Program-made: the position numbers and the translations under genes
Shown here: in pieces, positions 18,233 to 28,538 of the stretch
How the letters are laid out: each line of letters begins with the position of its first letter
How positions within the stretch are numbered: the first letter of the stretch is position 1
Source of the DNA: Synechococcus sp. UW140
GTDB taxonomy: Bacteria > Pseudomonadota > Gammaproteobacteria > Burkholderiales > Burkholderiaceae_C
NCBI GenBank assembly: GCA_943368755.1
Contig: CALRLO020000010.1
Location: 420-64,419 of the forward strand
Length of the DNA: 64,000 bases
Reading direction: 5' to 3'
The notes under the pieces: generated by a model
Database searches by the model: none
Told to the model about the DNA's origin: nothing
What the model saw: the letters and a program-made list of their open reading frames with translations, nothing else

Positions 18233-18931
18233 ATGGGTCAAGCCGCTGCATTGCCCGATGTCATCCGGGACTTCGAACGGGTCGATGCCACCACCGTGGC
18301 AAAGGCCGCCGTGTTTCCATCGTCCATCCTGGCCGACGTGGCCGGTCGCCGTGGGGCGCTGAGCGGCCGTATCGCCCCGCTGGCGCCGACCATGCGGTTT
18401 GCCGGGCCGGCGCTGACGGTCGAAGTCCGTCCGGGCGACAACCTGATGATCCATGCCGCCATGGCGCTCGCGAAGCCGGGCGACGTGATCCTGGTTGACG
18501 GCAAAGGCGACCTGAGCAGCGCCCTGATGGGCGAGATCATGTCGCAGCAATGTGTGGCGCTGGGCGTGGCCGCCGTGGTGATCGATGGCGCGGTGCGCGA
18601 CAGCGAAGCCATCCGCGAGCTGGGCTTCCCGATGTACGCCGCCGGCCTCAACCCGAACGGCCCCACCAAATCGGTGGCGGGCCGGGTGAACCACCCCATT
18701 TCCATCGGCGGCGTGACGGTCAATCCGGGGGACCTGGTGGTGGGTGACGCCGATGGTGTGACCGTGATCGAACGCGCCAAGGCGGCCGCGATGTTGCCGC
18801 TGGCACACGAGAAGGTGGCCGCAGAGACCAAGCGCATCGCGCAGATCAAGAGCCGCGAGGCCCTGGCACCGTCCTGGCTGGGTGCAGCCCTGCGCGCCGC
18901 CGGCGTGCTCAAGGAAGGGGAGACGCTGTGA
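18233..18931 (+). CDS. RraA family / HMG-CHA aldolase-like protein
   Basis: GPALTV, GDNL, PGDVILVD, IDGAVRD, V.PGDLVVGDADGV; AGGAG SD. Confidence 0.85.
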   Translation: MGQAAALPDVIRDFERVDATTVAKAAVFPSSILADVAGRRGALSGRIAPLAPTMRFAGPALTVEVRPGDNLMIHAAMALAKPGDVILVDGKGDLSSALMGEIMSQQCVALGVAAVVIDGAVRDSEAIRELGFPMYAAGLNPNGPTKSVAGRVNHPISIGGVTVNPGDLVVGDADGVTVIERAKAAAMLPLAHEKVAAETKRIAQIKSREALAPSWLGAALRAAGVLKEGETL

Positions 18932-19848
18932 GCAAGCGCCCTGTATTGCTGGTAACGGCCGCAGATCTGGCTCCGCAGGCCCTGGCCTTGCTGACCGAGT
19001 TCGACGTCGTGTACGCGGGCAAGACGCCCACCGAGGAAGACGTCATTGCCTTGTGCCGGCAGCACGACCCTGTGGCCATCATCGTGAGGTACAGCAAGGT
19101 CGGTGCAGCCGCCATGGACGCGGCGCCCAGCCTGCGCGTCATCTCCAAGCACGGCAGCGGCACCGATACCATCGACAAACAGGCTGCGGCCGCACGTGGT
19201 ATCCAGGTGGTGGCGGCCGTGGGCGCCAACGCAGCAGCGGTGGCGGAGCAGGCGCTGGCGCTGTTGCTGGCCTGTGCCAAGTCGGTGGTCACCCTGGACC
19301 GGCGCATGCACGCCGGGCATTGGGACAAGTCCACGCACAAGAGCATCGAGCTCGAGGGCCGCACGGTGGGTGTGGTGGGTCTGGGTGCGATTGGCTTGCG
19401 CTTTGCCAAGGTTGCCGATGCGATGGGCATGCGGGTACTGGGTTTCGACCCTTACGCCCATCAGTTGCCGGAGTTCATTCGGTCTGTTGACCTGGACACC
19501 ATCTGGCGGGAGTCAGACGCCATTTCATTGCATTGCCCACTGACACCCGACAACGCTCAACTGATCAACGCCACCACCCTGGCCGCATGCAAGCGCGGTG
19601 TGCTCATCGTCAACACCGCACGCGGCGGGCTGATTGATGAGGCGGCTTTGCTCTCGGCCGTGAAGTCCGGACACGTGGGCAGTGCCGGACTCGACAGCTT
19701 CGTCGTGGAGCCCATGACCGCGCCGCACCCCTTCCACGGCGAAGATGGCATCGTGCTCAGCCCGCATATTGGCGGCGTGACGGCTGACGCCTACGTCAAG
19801 ATGGGCGTTGCAGCTGCAAAAAATGCACTTGCGGTGCTCAACGGGTGA
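18928..19848 (+). CDS. D-isomer-specific 2-hydroxyacid dehydrogenase
   Basis: GVVGLGAIG, SLHCPLT, NTARGGLIDE, SPHIGG; GTGA overlap with the aldolase gene. Confidence 0.9.
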   Translation: MSKRPVLLVTAADLAPQALALLTEFDVVYAGKTPTEEDVIALCRQHDPVAIIVRYSKVGAAAMDAAPSLRVISKHGSGTDTIDKQAAAARGIQVVAAVGANAAAVAEQALALLLACAKSVVTLDRRMHAGHWDKSTHKSIELEGRTVGVVGLGAIGLRFAKVADAMGMRVLGFDPYAHQLPEFIRSVDLDTIWRESDAISLHCPLTPDNAQLINATTLAACKRGVLIVNTARGGLIDEAALLSAVKSGHVGSAGLDSFVVEPMTAPHPFHGEDGIVLSPHIGGVTADAYVKMGVAAAKNALAVLNG

Positions 19849-19854
19849 ACCACC

Positions 19855-20919
19855 ATGACCCGGCGTTGGAAACAATCACCGCCAGGCGCTCACTGGGGCG
19901 AGTTTGGTGACGACGACCAGCGGGGTCGCATGAACCTCGTGACCCCCGCCAAGGTGCTGGAGGGCATCGCCGAAGTTCGTACAGGACGCACCTTCTGCCT
20001 GTCGCTTCCGCTGGACGTTCCCGGTGGCACCGCGCTCAACCCGCGGCGCCAGCCGCCCCAGCGTTTTGCGGTGCTGCGGGATGGCAGGAGCGCCGGGCAG
20101 CAAGGGTTCTGCTGGTCTTACGCCAGCGAAGACCCGGAACTCACCGACGTTGTCAACGACGACGTGGTGCTGATGAGCTTGCAATACTCGACGCAGTGGG
20201 ACAGCCTGGCTCACATCGGCGCCCATTTCGATGCAGACGGCGACGGGGTTGCTGAGGCGGTGTTCTACAACGGCTACCGGGCGGGCCACGATATCCGACC
20301 AGGCATCGAGAACGCGCAAGCAGCAAACGCCTATGCCCGTTTCCCCGGCCCTCAGGCGGATGCCCTTGGCATAGAGCACCTGGCAGAACATGGTGTTCAA
20401 GGCCGCGGCGTGATGGTGGACCTCGAACATCACGTTGGGCGAGTACGCACTGCAGTCGGCTACGACCAGCTGATGCGGATTCTGGACGCCGACAAGGTCG
20501 AGATAGAGCCAGGTGACATGGTGTGCCTGCACACCGGTTTTGCCGATACCTTGCTGGCCATGAACCGGTCACCCGACCTCAACCGCCTGCATCAGACGGG
20601 TAGTGGGCTGGATGGATGGGACCAGAAGCTGCTGAACTGGATTGTGGACACCCGCCTTGCCTGCCTGCTGGCAGACAACCCGGCGGTGGAATTGGTCGTC
20701 CCCAAGCTGACGACCCCATCCCCCATGCGCAGGCCACGGCTGCCACTGCACGAGCACTGCCTCTTCAAAAACGGCATACCCCTAGGCGAACTCTGGTACC
20801 TGACGGCACTGGCCGTCTGGTTGCGTGTCAACCAGCGAACGCGCTTTTTGCTCACCGCTCCGCCGCTGCGTTTGCCTGGCGCGGTGGGCTCACCGGCGAC
20901 ACCCATCGCCACCGTTTGA
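19855..20919 (+). CDS. Cyclase family (KynB-like fold) metal-dependent hydrolase
   Basis: WGEFGDDDQRGRMNL start, QYSTQWDSLAH, GRGVMVD, GIPLGELWYL, PPLRLPGAVGSPATP. Confidence 0.8.
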   Translation: MTRRWKQSPPGAHWGEFGDDDQRGRMNLVTPAKVLEGIAEVRTGRTFCLSLPLDVPGGTALNPRRQPPQRFAVLRDGRSAGQQGFCWSYASEDPELTDVVNDDVVLMSLQYSTQWDSLAHIGAHFDADGDGVAEAVFYNGYRAGHDIRPGIENAQAANAYARFPGPQADALGIEHLAEHGVQGRGVMVDLEHHVGRVRTAVGYDQLMRILDADKVEIEPGDMVCLHTGFADTLLAMNRSPDLNRLHQTGSGLDGWDQKLLNWIVDTRLACLLADNPAVELVVPKLTTPSPMRRPRLPLHEHCLFKNGIPLGELWYLTALAVWLRVNQRTRFLLTAPPLRLPGAVGSPATPIATV

Positions 20920-20969
20920 ACGCCGCACTTCAATCACCCTGCAAATCGAAAAGAGAAGGAGACAGAAAT

Positions 20970-21935
20970 ATGAATAGGCGATGGACCCGTGTGGTCGTGG
21001 CGAGCCTTGCGGCAACGTTCACACTTTGCGCTCAGGCAGCCTGGCCAGAGAAGCCCGTAAAGCTGGTGGTTCCCTATGCTGCAGGAGGCGCTGCTGATGC
21101 CTTGGCCAGAGTGGTGGCAACCGAACTCGGCGCGAGGCTCCAACAGCAAGTTGTGGTGGAAAACAAGGGCGGAGCCGGCGGAACCATTGGGGCGCAAGCG
21201 GTAGCACAGGCACCGGCAGACGGCTATACCTTTCTCTATGACGCGACGTCTTTTGCGGTCAATCCCAGCCTGTTTCCCAAGCTGACCTTCAGCTACACAA
21301 AGGACTTCGTTCCCATTTCCATGGTGGCCCGGATCCCGACGCTGCTGGTTGTTCCCGCAGCGTCTCCCGCCAACTCGGTTGCAGACCTGGTGCGTCTGGC
21401 GCGCGCCAATCCAGGCAAGCTGTCGTACGCGTCGGCTGGCAATGGTGGTGCTGCCCATCTGAGTGGCGAGCTGTTCAAGCAAGGGCACCGCATCTTTATT
21501 CTGCATGTCCCATACAAGGGCGGCGCGCCAGCACTGACCGACTTGACGGGAGGGCAGGTTGACATGATGTTCAGCGCCGTGACGGCTTCAGGCCCCCTGG
21601 TGAAATCAGGGCGACTCAAGGCCATCGCGACCGCATTTGACAGGCGAATCGAATCCATGCCGGACGTGCCCACCGTCGCGGAGGCTGGCCTGCCCGGATT
21701 CAGCGCGTACGAATGGAACGCTATCTTTGCGCCCAAAGGCACGCCAGCGGATGTCGTCAACCGCATGGAAACGGAAATGCGCAGCGTGCTGTCTGCCCCT
21801 TCAGTACGCGAACGCTTGTCCGCCATGGGTGCTCTGCCCGCAACGGGTGGCGCGAAGGAGCTGGGGGCATTTGTCGAGGCTGAAAGTGCCAAATGGGCCT
21901 CTGTCATCAAAACATCGGGCATCAAACTGGACTGA
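20970..21935 (+). CDS. Bug/TctC family solute-binding protein
   Basis: VVPYAAGGAAD, ENKGGAGG, HVPYKGG; AGGAG SD. Confidence 0.92.
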   Translation: MNRRWTRVVVASLAATFTLCAQAAWPEKPVKLVVPYAAGGAADALARVVATELGARLQQQVVVENKGGAGGTIGAQAVAQAPADGYTFLYDATSFAVNPSLFPKLTFSYTKDFVPISMVARIPTLLVVPAASPANSVADLVRLARANPGKLSYASAGNGGAAHLSGELFKQGHRIFILHVPYKGGAPALTDLTGGQVDMMFSAVTASGPLVKSGRLKAIATAFDRRIESMPDVPTVAEAGLPGFSAYEWNAIFAPKGTPADVVNRMETEMRSVLSAPSVRERLSAMGALPATGGAKELGAFVEAESAKWASVIKTSGIKLD

Positions 21936-21957
21936 ACCGATTCTCAAGGAGACACGC

Positions 21958-22914
21958 ATGAAACGTTCGATTCTCGCCACGCTGGCCGTGCTGGCGGCCA
22001 CATCCGGTTTGGCCCAGGGCTGGCCCAGCAAACCCGTCAAGATCATCGTTCCATATCCGCCTGGAGGTGCGGTAGATGTGGTCACGCGACGCATGGCGAC
22101 CAAGCTGCAGGAGCAGACCGGGCAAACCTTTTTTGTCGAAAACAAGGCTGGCGCCACAGGAACGATTGGCATCAGTCAGACGGTGCAATCCACGCCTGAC
22201 GGCTACACGCTGGTGGCCAACGACACCACGTACGCACTGTTGCCTCACATCTTCAAGAAGCTGCCTTTCGACCACGAAAAAGACCTGCTCCCGTTGGGGG
22301 CCTACATGTTCGCGCCCATGGCCGTGGTGGTGCGCAACGAATCGCCCTTCAAGACTCTGGATGACCTGCTGCGGGCAGGCAAAGCAGAACCCAACAAAAT
22401 CACCTACGGCACGGGCGGCGCAGGGACCATGCCCCACTTTGCGAGTGAAGCCCTGGGGATTGCCACAGGTGTGAACTTCATGCACGTCCCTTTCAAGGGT
22501 GCAGGTGAAGCCACCCTGGCCTTGCTGGGTGGAACGATTGACTACCAGATCGCCTCTACGCCCGGCATCATCGGCCAGGTCAAAGGCGGCAAGGCGCGCC
22601 TTCTGGCTGTCAGCGGTGACAAGCGGCCCAGCGCATTGTCCAACGTGCCAACCTTCACCGAGGCCGGTATCAAAGGCTACGGCGTGGTGAACTTCACAGG
22701 GCTGTGGGCGCCGAAAGGAACGCCAGCCGAGGTCGGGGAGCGTCTGCAGAAGGAAATTGCCACGGCCATGGCCAGTGCCGACATGAAAGCCTATGCCGAG
22801 AGCATTGGCGCCGAGGCCGGCGCCTGGGATGCCGCCACCTTCGCCCGGAACCTGGCCGAGCGCACCGCCTACTGGGGCAAGGTGGCCGCCAACACCAGCT
22901 TCGACCGCCAATAA
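21958..22914 (+). CDS. Bug/TctC family solute-binding protein
   Basis: IVPYPPGGAVD, ENKAGATG, HVPFKG; AGGAG SD. Confidence 0.92.
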   Translation: MKRSILATLAVLAATSGLAQGWPSKPVKIIVPYPPGGAVDVVTRRMATKLQEQTGQTFFVENKAGATGTIGISQTVQSTPDGYTLVANDTTYALLPHIFKKLPFDHEKDLLPLGAYMFAPMAVVVRNESPFKTLDDLLRAGKAEPNKITYGTGGAGTMPHFASEALGIATGVNFMHVPFKGAGEATLALLGGTIDYQIASTPGIIGQVKGGKARLLAVSGDKRPSALSNVPTFTEAGIKGYGVVNFTGLWAPKGTPAEVGERLQKEIATAMASADMKAYAESIGAEAGAWDAATFARNLAERTAYWGKVAANTSFDRQ

Positions 22915-22922
22915 GGCCGCGC

Positions 22923-23852
22923 ATGTGGCTGCTCAATCCTCCCGAGGTGCGTGAGGCGGAGGTCTTCACGCGCTTGCCCGAGCACTATCGACGCACAGGC
23001 GTGCGCTCCGTATGGGGTGACGCCAACCGTCCCGGCCAATCCACCGACAGTTTCCTGGAGGGCCCGGTGTTCGACGGTGCGGGCAATCTCTTCGTGACGG
23101 ACATCCCCTTCGGCCGCATCTTTCGCATCGATGGCGAGGGCAGTTGGACTCTGGTCACCGAATACGACGGCGAGCCCAACGGCATGAAGTTCCTGAACGA
23201 CCGGGAGTTGCTGATTGCCGACTACAAGAATGGTTTGATGACCTGCGATGTGGCCAGCGGTTCGGTCCGCCCCTACCTGGAGCGCCGCAACACCCAACGC
23301 TTCATGGGCATCAACGACCTGGTCTTCGACTCGGTGGGCAATCTCTACTTCAGCGACCAGGGTCAGACCGGCCTGCACGACCCGACGGGACGGCTGTACC
23401 GCCTGCGCCCGAACGGCCAACTGGATGTGCTGCTGTCTCGAGTGCCCAGTCCCAATGGCGTTGCGCTGTCGCCCGACGAGCGGGTGCTCTACCTCGGCGT
23501 GACCCGTGGCAACGAGGTGTGGCGCGTGCCTTTGCTTGACGACGGCAGCGTATCCAAGGTCAGCGCATTTTTCAGGTCATACGGGCCCAGTGGCCCTGAC
23601 GGCCTGGCAGTGGATGGCCAAGGCAAGGTGATCGTTGCCAACCCGGGTTTGGGCTACGCCTGGGTGCTCAATCACCGAGCTGAGCCCGTGCTGGTCCTGC
23701 GCAGCACCGTGGGCATGTCGCTGACCAATGTCACCTTCGGCGGGCCTGACCGCAAGACGCTTTACTGCACCGAGTCCGTGAGCGGTTCGATTCTTCGTGC
23801 AACCCTTGATGCAGCAGGACTCCCGCTGGCACGACCCAACCATGCACATTGA
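22923..23852 (+). CDS. SMP-30/gluconolactonase/LRE family beta-propeller
   Basis: FLEGPVFD, PNG, NDLVFD..GNLYFSD, PNGVALSPD, GPDGLAVD, TNVTFGG. Confidence 0.88.
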   Translation: MWLLNPPEVREAEVFTRLPEHYRRTGVRSVWGDANRPGQSTDSFLEGPVFDGAGNLFVTDIPFGRIFRIDGEGSWTLVTEYDGEPNGMKFLNDRELLIADYKNGLMTCDVASGSVRPYLERRNTQRFMGINDLVFDSVGNLYFSDQGQTGLHDPTGRLYRLRPNGQLDVLLSRVPSPNGVALSPDERVLYLGVTRGNEVWRVPLLDDGSVSKVSAFFRSYGPSGPDGLAVDGQGKVIVANPGLGYAWVLNHRAEPVLVLRSTVGMSLTNVTFGGPDRKTLYCTESVSGSILRATLDAAGLPLARPNHAH

Positions 23853-23888
23853 AGTGAGCGATTGACGTCGGTCGGAAAACCGTCCCGT

Positions 23889-25061
23889 CTACGGCCCGGC
23901 ATACAACGCCGGCACATCCATGACCTGCTCTGCGCCCACCGCCATCGCCACGTCACGCGCCCAGCGCATCGGTCCCTGCAGGTGGAAGATGCGCCCGTTG
24001 CGCCGGGAGCGCGCCTGCACCCATGCGTTGCGCGACCAGCGCTCCTGGGCCCAGCCCTGCAGCAACGCGGGCACACGCTCGCGCCAGCCCTGTCCCAGCA
24101 CACGCCCCAGCGCCCACGCATCCTCCAGCGCCATGGCCGCACCCTGCGCCAGGTAAGGGCGCATCGGGTGGGCAGCGTCGCCCAGCAGGGCCACACGGCC
24201 CTGGGCCAGTTCGTTCGCTCCGCGCACCGGTGGCCGGTCGTGCAGTGGCCACAGGGTCCAGCCGGGCACGGCGTCCAGCACGGCCTGCAGGTCACGGTGC
24301 ACCTCGCCCAGCGCGGCCCGCAATGCGGCGGCGCTGGCATGGTGGCTCCAGTCCTGCGCGTCGCCGTTCACGCGGCCGTGCACCACAGCCACGAGGTTGA
24401 GCCAGTCGCCGCCGCGCACGGGATAGTGCACCACGTGGTGGCGCGGGCCCAGCCAGGCGGTCACGCCGGTCTGACGCAGCGGCGCAGGCAGTTCGGCCTG
24501 GCGCAACAGGCCGCGGTAGGCCAGGTGGCCGGTGGGATGGGGCAGGCCATCGTTCAGCAGTTGCTGGCGCAGCCGGCTCCACACGCCGTCACAGCCCAGC
24601 AGCAGGTGGCCGGCCATGGGCTGGCCCTGCTGCGTTGAAAGCGCCACACCGTCGCCAGCATCGTGCCAGTGGCTGACCACGGTGCCCAGTTGCAGTTCGG
24701 CAAGGGGCTGCGCGGCCTGCAGCAGCATCCCATGCAGGTCGGCGCGGTGGACGGTGGCGTAAGGCTGCCCGTAGCGCTCGCGCGCACGCTCGCCCAGGCG
24801 CAGCGTGCCCAGCACCCGGCCGCTGCGGCTGTCGCGGGCGCGCAGCGCATCGGGAAAGGCGGCGCAGGCTTGCAGCGCGGGCAGCAGGCCCCAGCTGTCG
24901 AGCACGCGCACGGCGTTGGGGCCAAGCTGCAGGCCGGCCCCCACCTCGCCCCAGGCGCTGGCCTGCTCCAGCAGGCGCACGCGGGCTCCGGCGCGTGCCG
25001 TGGCAATAGCCGAGGCCAGACCGGCGATGCCACCGCCGGCAATCAGTACATCCGCATCCAT
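23889..25061 (-). CDS. Class A flavin monooxygenase (salicylate/3-hydroxybenzoate hydroxylase-like)
   Basis: GGGIAG, EVGAGLQLGPN, GCDG, LLGDAAHPMRPYLAQGAAMALEDA. Confidence 0.88.
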   Translation of the reverse strand: MDADVLIAGGGIAGLASAIATARAGARVRLLEQASAWGEVGAGLQLGPNAVRVLDSWGLLPALQACAAFPDALRARDSRSGRVLGTLRLGERARERYGQPYATVHRADLHGMLLQAAQPLAELQLGTVVSHWHDAGDGVALSTQQGQPMAGHLLLGCDGVWSRLRQQLLNDGLPHPTGHLAYRGLLRQAELPAPLRQTGVTAWLGPRHHVVHYPVRGGDWLNLVAVVHGRVNGDAQDWSHHASAAALRAALGEVHRDLQAVLDAVPGWTLWPLHDRPPVRGANELAQGRVALLGDAAHPMRPYLAQGAAMALEDAWALGRVLGQGWRERVPALLQGWAQERWSRNAWVQARSRRNGRIFHLQGPMRWARDVAMAVGAEQVMDVPALYAGP

Positions 25062-25122
25062 GGGCGTCGATTGTGCCCGGCGGGGGTGCCACAATGGTCC
25101 GTCATCGCAACCGGAGCCCGCC

Positions 25123-25503
25123 ATGGATCAGGAAGCCTTCAACCAGTCGCTGTTTCTCACGGCCCGTCTGGTCGACCGCGGTGACTACGTGGATGCCGCG
25201 ATCGCGCTGCGCCCGTGGCTGGAGACCGACCTGGACGCCAAGGGAAAAGCCATCGTCTGCATCAACCTGGCGGTGTGCTGCGAACACCAGAAGGACTACG
25301 AGAGGGCACTGGCCTGGTACGAGCACGGCACCCACCATGCCCTCGTGTTCGCCGGGGAGCACAAGGCCGCCCTGCTCTACCGGCTGGGCCGCAAGGCGGA
25401 TGCGTTGGCCACCTACCGCCGCCTGCTGCCCGAAATCCTCACGCCCGAGGAGCGAACGCGCATACAGACCAACGTGGATACGCTGGTCAAAGAATGCGGT
25501 TGA
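25123..25503 (+). CDS. Small TPR-like protein
   Basis: Helical repeats (DYERALAWYE, KAALLYRLGRKADALATYRRLL); GGAG SD; CACAAT at 25090-25095. Confidence 0.65.
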   Translation: MDQEAFNQSLFLTARLVDRGDYVDAAIALRPWLETDLDAKGKAIVCINLAVCCEHQKDYERALAWYEHGTHHALVFAGEHKAALLYRLGRKADALATYRRLLPEILTPEERTRIQTNVDTLVKECG

Positions 25504-26554
25504 ACCAGAACAGCGACAGGCCGCTGGCCATCAGCGCCAGCAGGGCGCCGGCCAGTGCCAGCAGCGCGGAAATTTCGGTTTCCTTCTTCTCCACCGTGAG
25601 GCGGGTGCTGAGGTTCTCGTAGACCTTCTTGAGGTTCTCGGCAGTGCCGGCGTAGAAGTATTCGGCCTGGGTGCGCAGCGCGACCTGCTTGAGGGTGTCT
25701 TCGTCCAGCCGCACGCGCATGGACCAGCCTTCGAAGCCAATGGTCTCGCCCTCTACCGTGCCCACGCCCACGGTGTAGACACGCACGCCACGGTCGGCGG
25801 CCATCTGGGCGGCTTCTATGGTGTCCACGCCGGTGGTGCGCTGGCCGTCGGTCAGCAAGATGATGGCGGCCGACGAGTAGGAGCCGGGCGCCACGGGCAC
25901 GTGTTCTTTCTTCTCCACCGGCTGGCCGTTGGCGTCCAGCGGGCGACCGCGCTGGGGGTTGTTCTGGTACATCATGGCCGCGAGGTCTATGCCCTGCCCC
26001 GGGAAAATTTCCGACAGCGCCACCACGATGGCACTGCCGATGGCGGTGGCGCGCTGCATCTGGAACTTGTCGATGGCAGCCACGAGGTCTTCGCGGTTCA
26101 CGGTGGGCGGCTGCACCACGTTGGCCGTGCCGGCAAAGGCGACGATGCCCACCTTCACGTTGCGCGGCAGCTCGGCCAGGAAAGCCTTGGCCGCGTTCTG
26201 CGAAGCCACCAGCCGGTTGGGCTCCACATCTGTGGCCCGCATGCTGCCCGACACATCCATGGCCAGCATGATGGTCTGCTGCGTGGACGGCAGCGTGAGC
26301 ACCGCCAGCGGGCGCGACGCCGCGAACAGGCTGAGCGTGATGGCCAGCAGCAGCAGGACGGGCGGGATGTGGCGGCGCCACTGCGAGCCGCCCATGGCCT
26401 CGCGCACGATGGACAGGCTGGCGTAGCGCACGGCCACCTTCTTCTTGCGGCGCAGCAGCAGCCAGTAGGTGAGCAGCAGCAGCGGCACCAGCAGCAGCAG
26501 CCACAGCATCTCGGGCCAGAGGAAGGTGACGGGGATTTTGGGCAGGGTTGGCAT
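25487..26554 (-). CDS. Membrane-anchored VWA protein (BatA/B-like)
   Basis: N-terminal FLWPEMLWLL TM, MIDAS DVSGS...T...LLTDG, C-terminal TM. Confidence 0.9.
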   Translation of the reverse strand: MPTLPKIPVTFLWPEMLWLLLLVPLLLLTYWLLLRRKKKVAVRYASLSIVREAMGGSQWRRHIPPVLLLLAITLSLFAASRPLAVLTLPSTQQTIMLAMDVSGSMRATDVEPNRLVASQNAAKAFLAELPRNVKVGIVAFAGTANVVQPPTVNREDLVAAIDKFQMQRATAIGSAIVVALSEIFPGQGIDLAAMMYQNNPQRGRPLDANGQPVEKKEHVPVAPGSYSSAAIILLTDGQRTTGVDTIEAAQMAADRGVRVYTVGVGTVEGETIGFEGWSMRVRLDEDTLKQVALRTQAEYFYAGTAENLKKVYENLSTRLTVEKKETEISALLALAGALLALMASGLSLFWFNRIL

Positions 26555-26567
26555 GGTGTCCTCCCGT

Positions 26568-27512
26568 TCAGGCGGCTCGCAGGTGGGCCGGCAGTGCACC
26601 GCCACCCAGTCGCTGGCGGCGGCGACGCAAATCAACAAAGCGCACCAGTGCGTCGACCAGGTCTTCGTCGGTGGCGAGTTCCAGGGTGTCCACGCCGGCG
26701 CGGTTCAGGCCTTCACGCAGTTCGGCCTCGCGCTGCGCGGCGATGCGGGCAAAGCGGCGGCGAAAGCCGATGTCGTGCGTGTCCACCAGCACGTGCTCGC
26801 CGGTCTCGGCGTCGCGCAGGGTGATGAGGCCGAGGTCGGGCAGCTCCAGCTCCAGCGGGTCGGTCAGGCGCACGGCCACCACATCGTGGCGCTGGGTCAG
26901 CTGGCCCAGGGGCTTGTCCCAGCCAGGCTGGCTGATGAAGTCGGACACCACGAACACGGTGGCGCGCTGGCGCACCGTCTGCAGCGCGGCCTGCAGCAGC
27001 TCATGCAGGCGTGTGGTGCCGCCCCCATCGGCAGGCGGCCTGGCCGGCGTTCGCATGGCGTGCAGGATCTGCAGCACATGGGCTCGCCCACCACGCGCAG
27101 GCAGCACCGCATCCACCCCCGAACCGTAGAGCATGGCGCCCACGCGGTTGCCATGGCGCGTAAGCAGGCGCGCGAGCGTGCCCACAAAATCGAGCGAGAG
27201 CTGGCGCTTGTTGCGGTCCCCCGAGCCGAAGTCCACCGAGGCGCTCAGGTCCAGCAGGAACCAGGCAGACATCTCGCGGTCTTCGTGGAACTGGCGCACA
27301 TGGGGCACCTGCAGGCGGGCGGTCACGTTCCAGTCGATATGGCGCACGTCGTCGTGGTGCTGGTACTCGCGCAGGTCGGCCAGGTCCAGGCCGGCACCGC
27401 GCATCAGCGTGCGGAAATCACCCTGCAGCAGCCCGTCAAGCCGCTTGATCACGGTCCATTCAAGGCGCTTGAGCAGCGCGTCGGCCGTGGTCGGGGACGT
27501 GGTCACATCCAT
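26568..27512 (-). CDS. DUF58 family protein
   Basis: G.G.DLADLREYQ..DDVRHIDWNVTAR, DLSAS, VVSDF. Confidence 0.9.
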   Translation of the reverse strand: MDVTTSPTTADALLKRLEWTVIKRLDGLLQGDFRTLMRGAGLDLADLREYQHHDDVRHIDWNVTARLQVPHVRQFHEDREMSAWFLLDLSASVDFGSGDRNKRQLSLDFVGTLARLLTRHGNRVGAMLYGSGVDAVLPARGGRAHVLQILHAMRTPARPPADGGGTTRLHELLQAALQTVRQRATVFVVSDFISQPGWDKPLGQLTQRHDVVAVRLTDPLELELPDLGLITLRDAETGEHVLVDTHDIGFRRRFARIAAQREAELREGLNRAGVDTLELATDEDLVDALVRFVDLRRRRQRLGGGALPAHLRAA

Positions 27513-27516
27513 GTTG

Positions 27517-28527
<1,011 letters not shown>

Positions 28528-28538
28528 GTCGTTTCCTT

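Noticed and set aside
15142-23889. Direct repeats or mobility genes bounding the AT-richer island
   Set aside because: Only short GGAAA-type similarities at 15150, 16012 and 23873; no convincing target duplication, tRNA, integrase or transposase
23889-25061. Calling the monooxygenase kynurenine 3-monooxygenase
   Set aside because: Its length (~390 aa) and motifs fit the salicylate/hydroxybenzoate hydroxylase group better; proximity alone is insufficient
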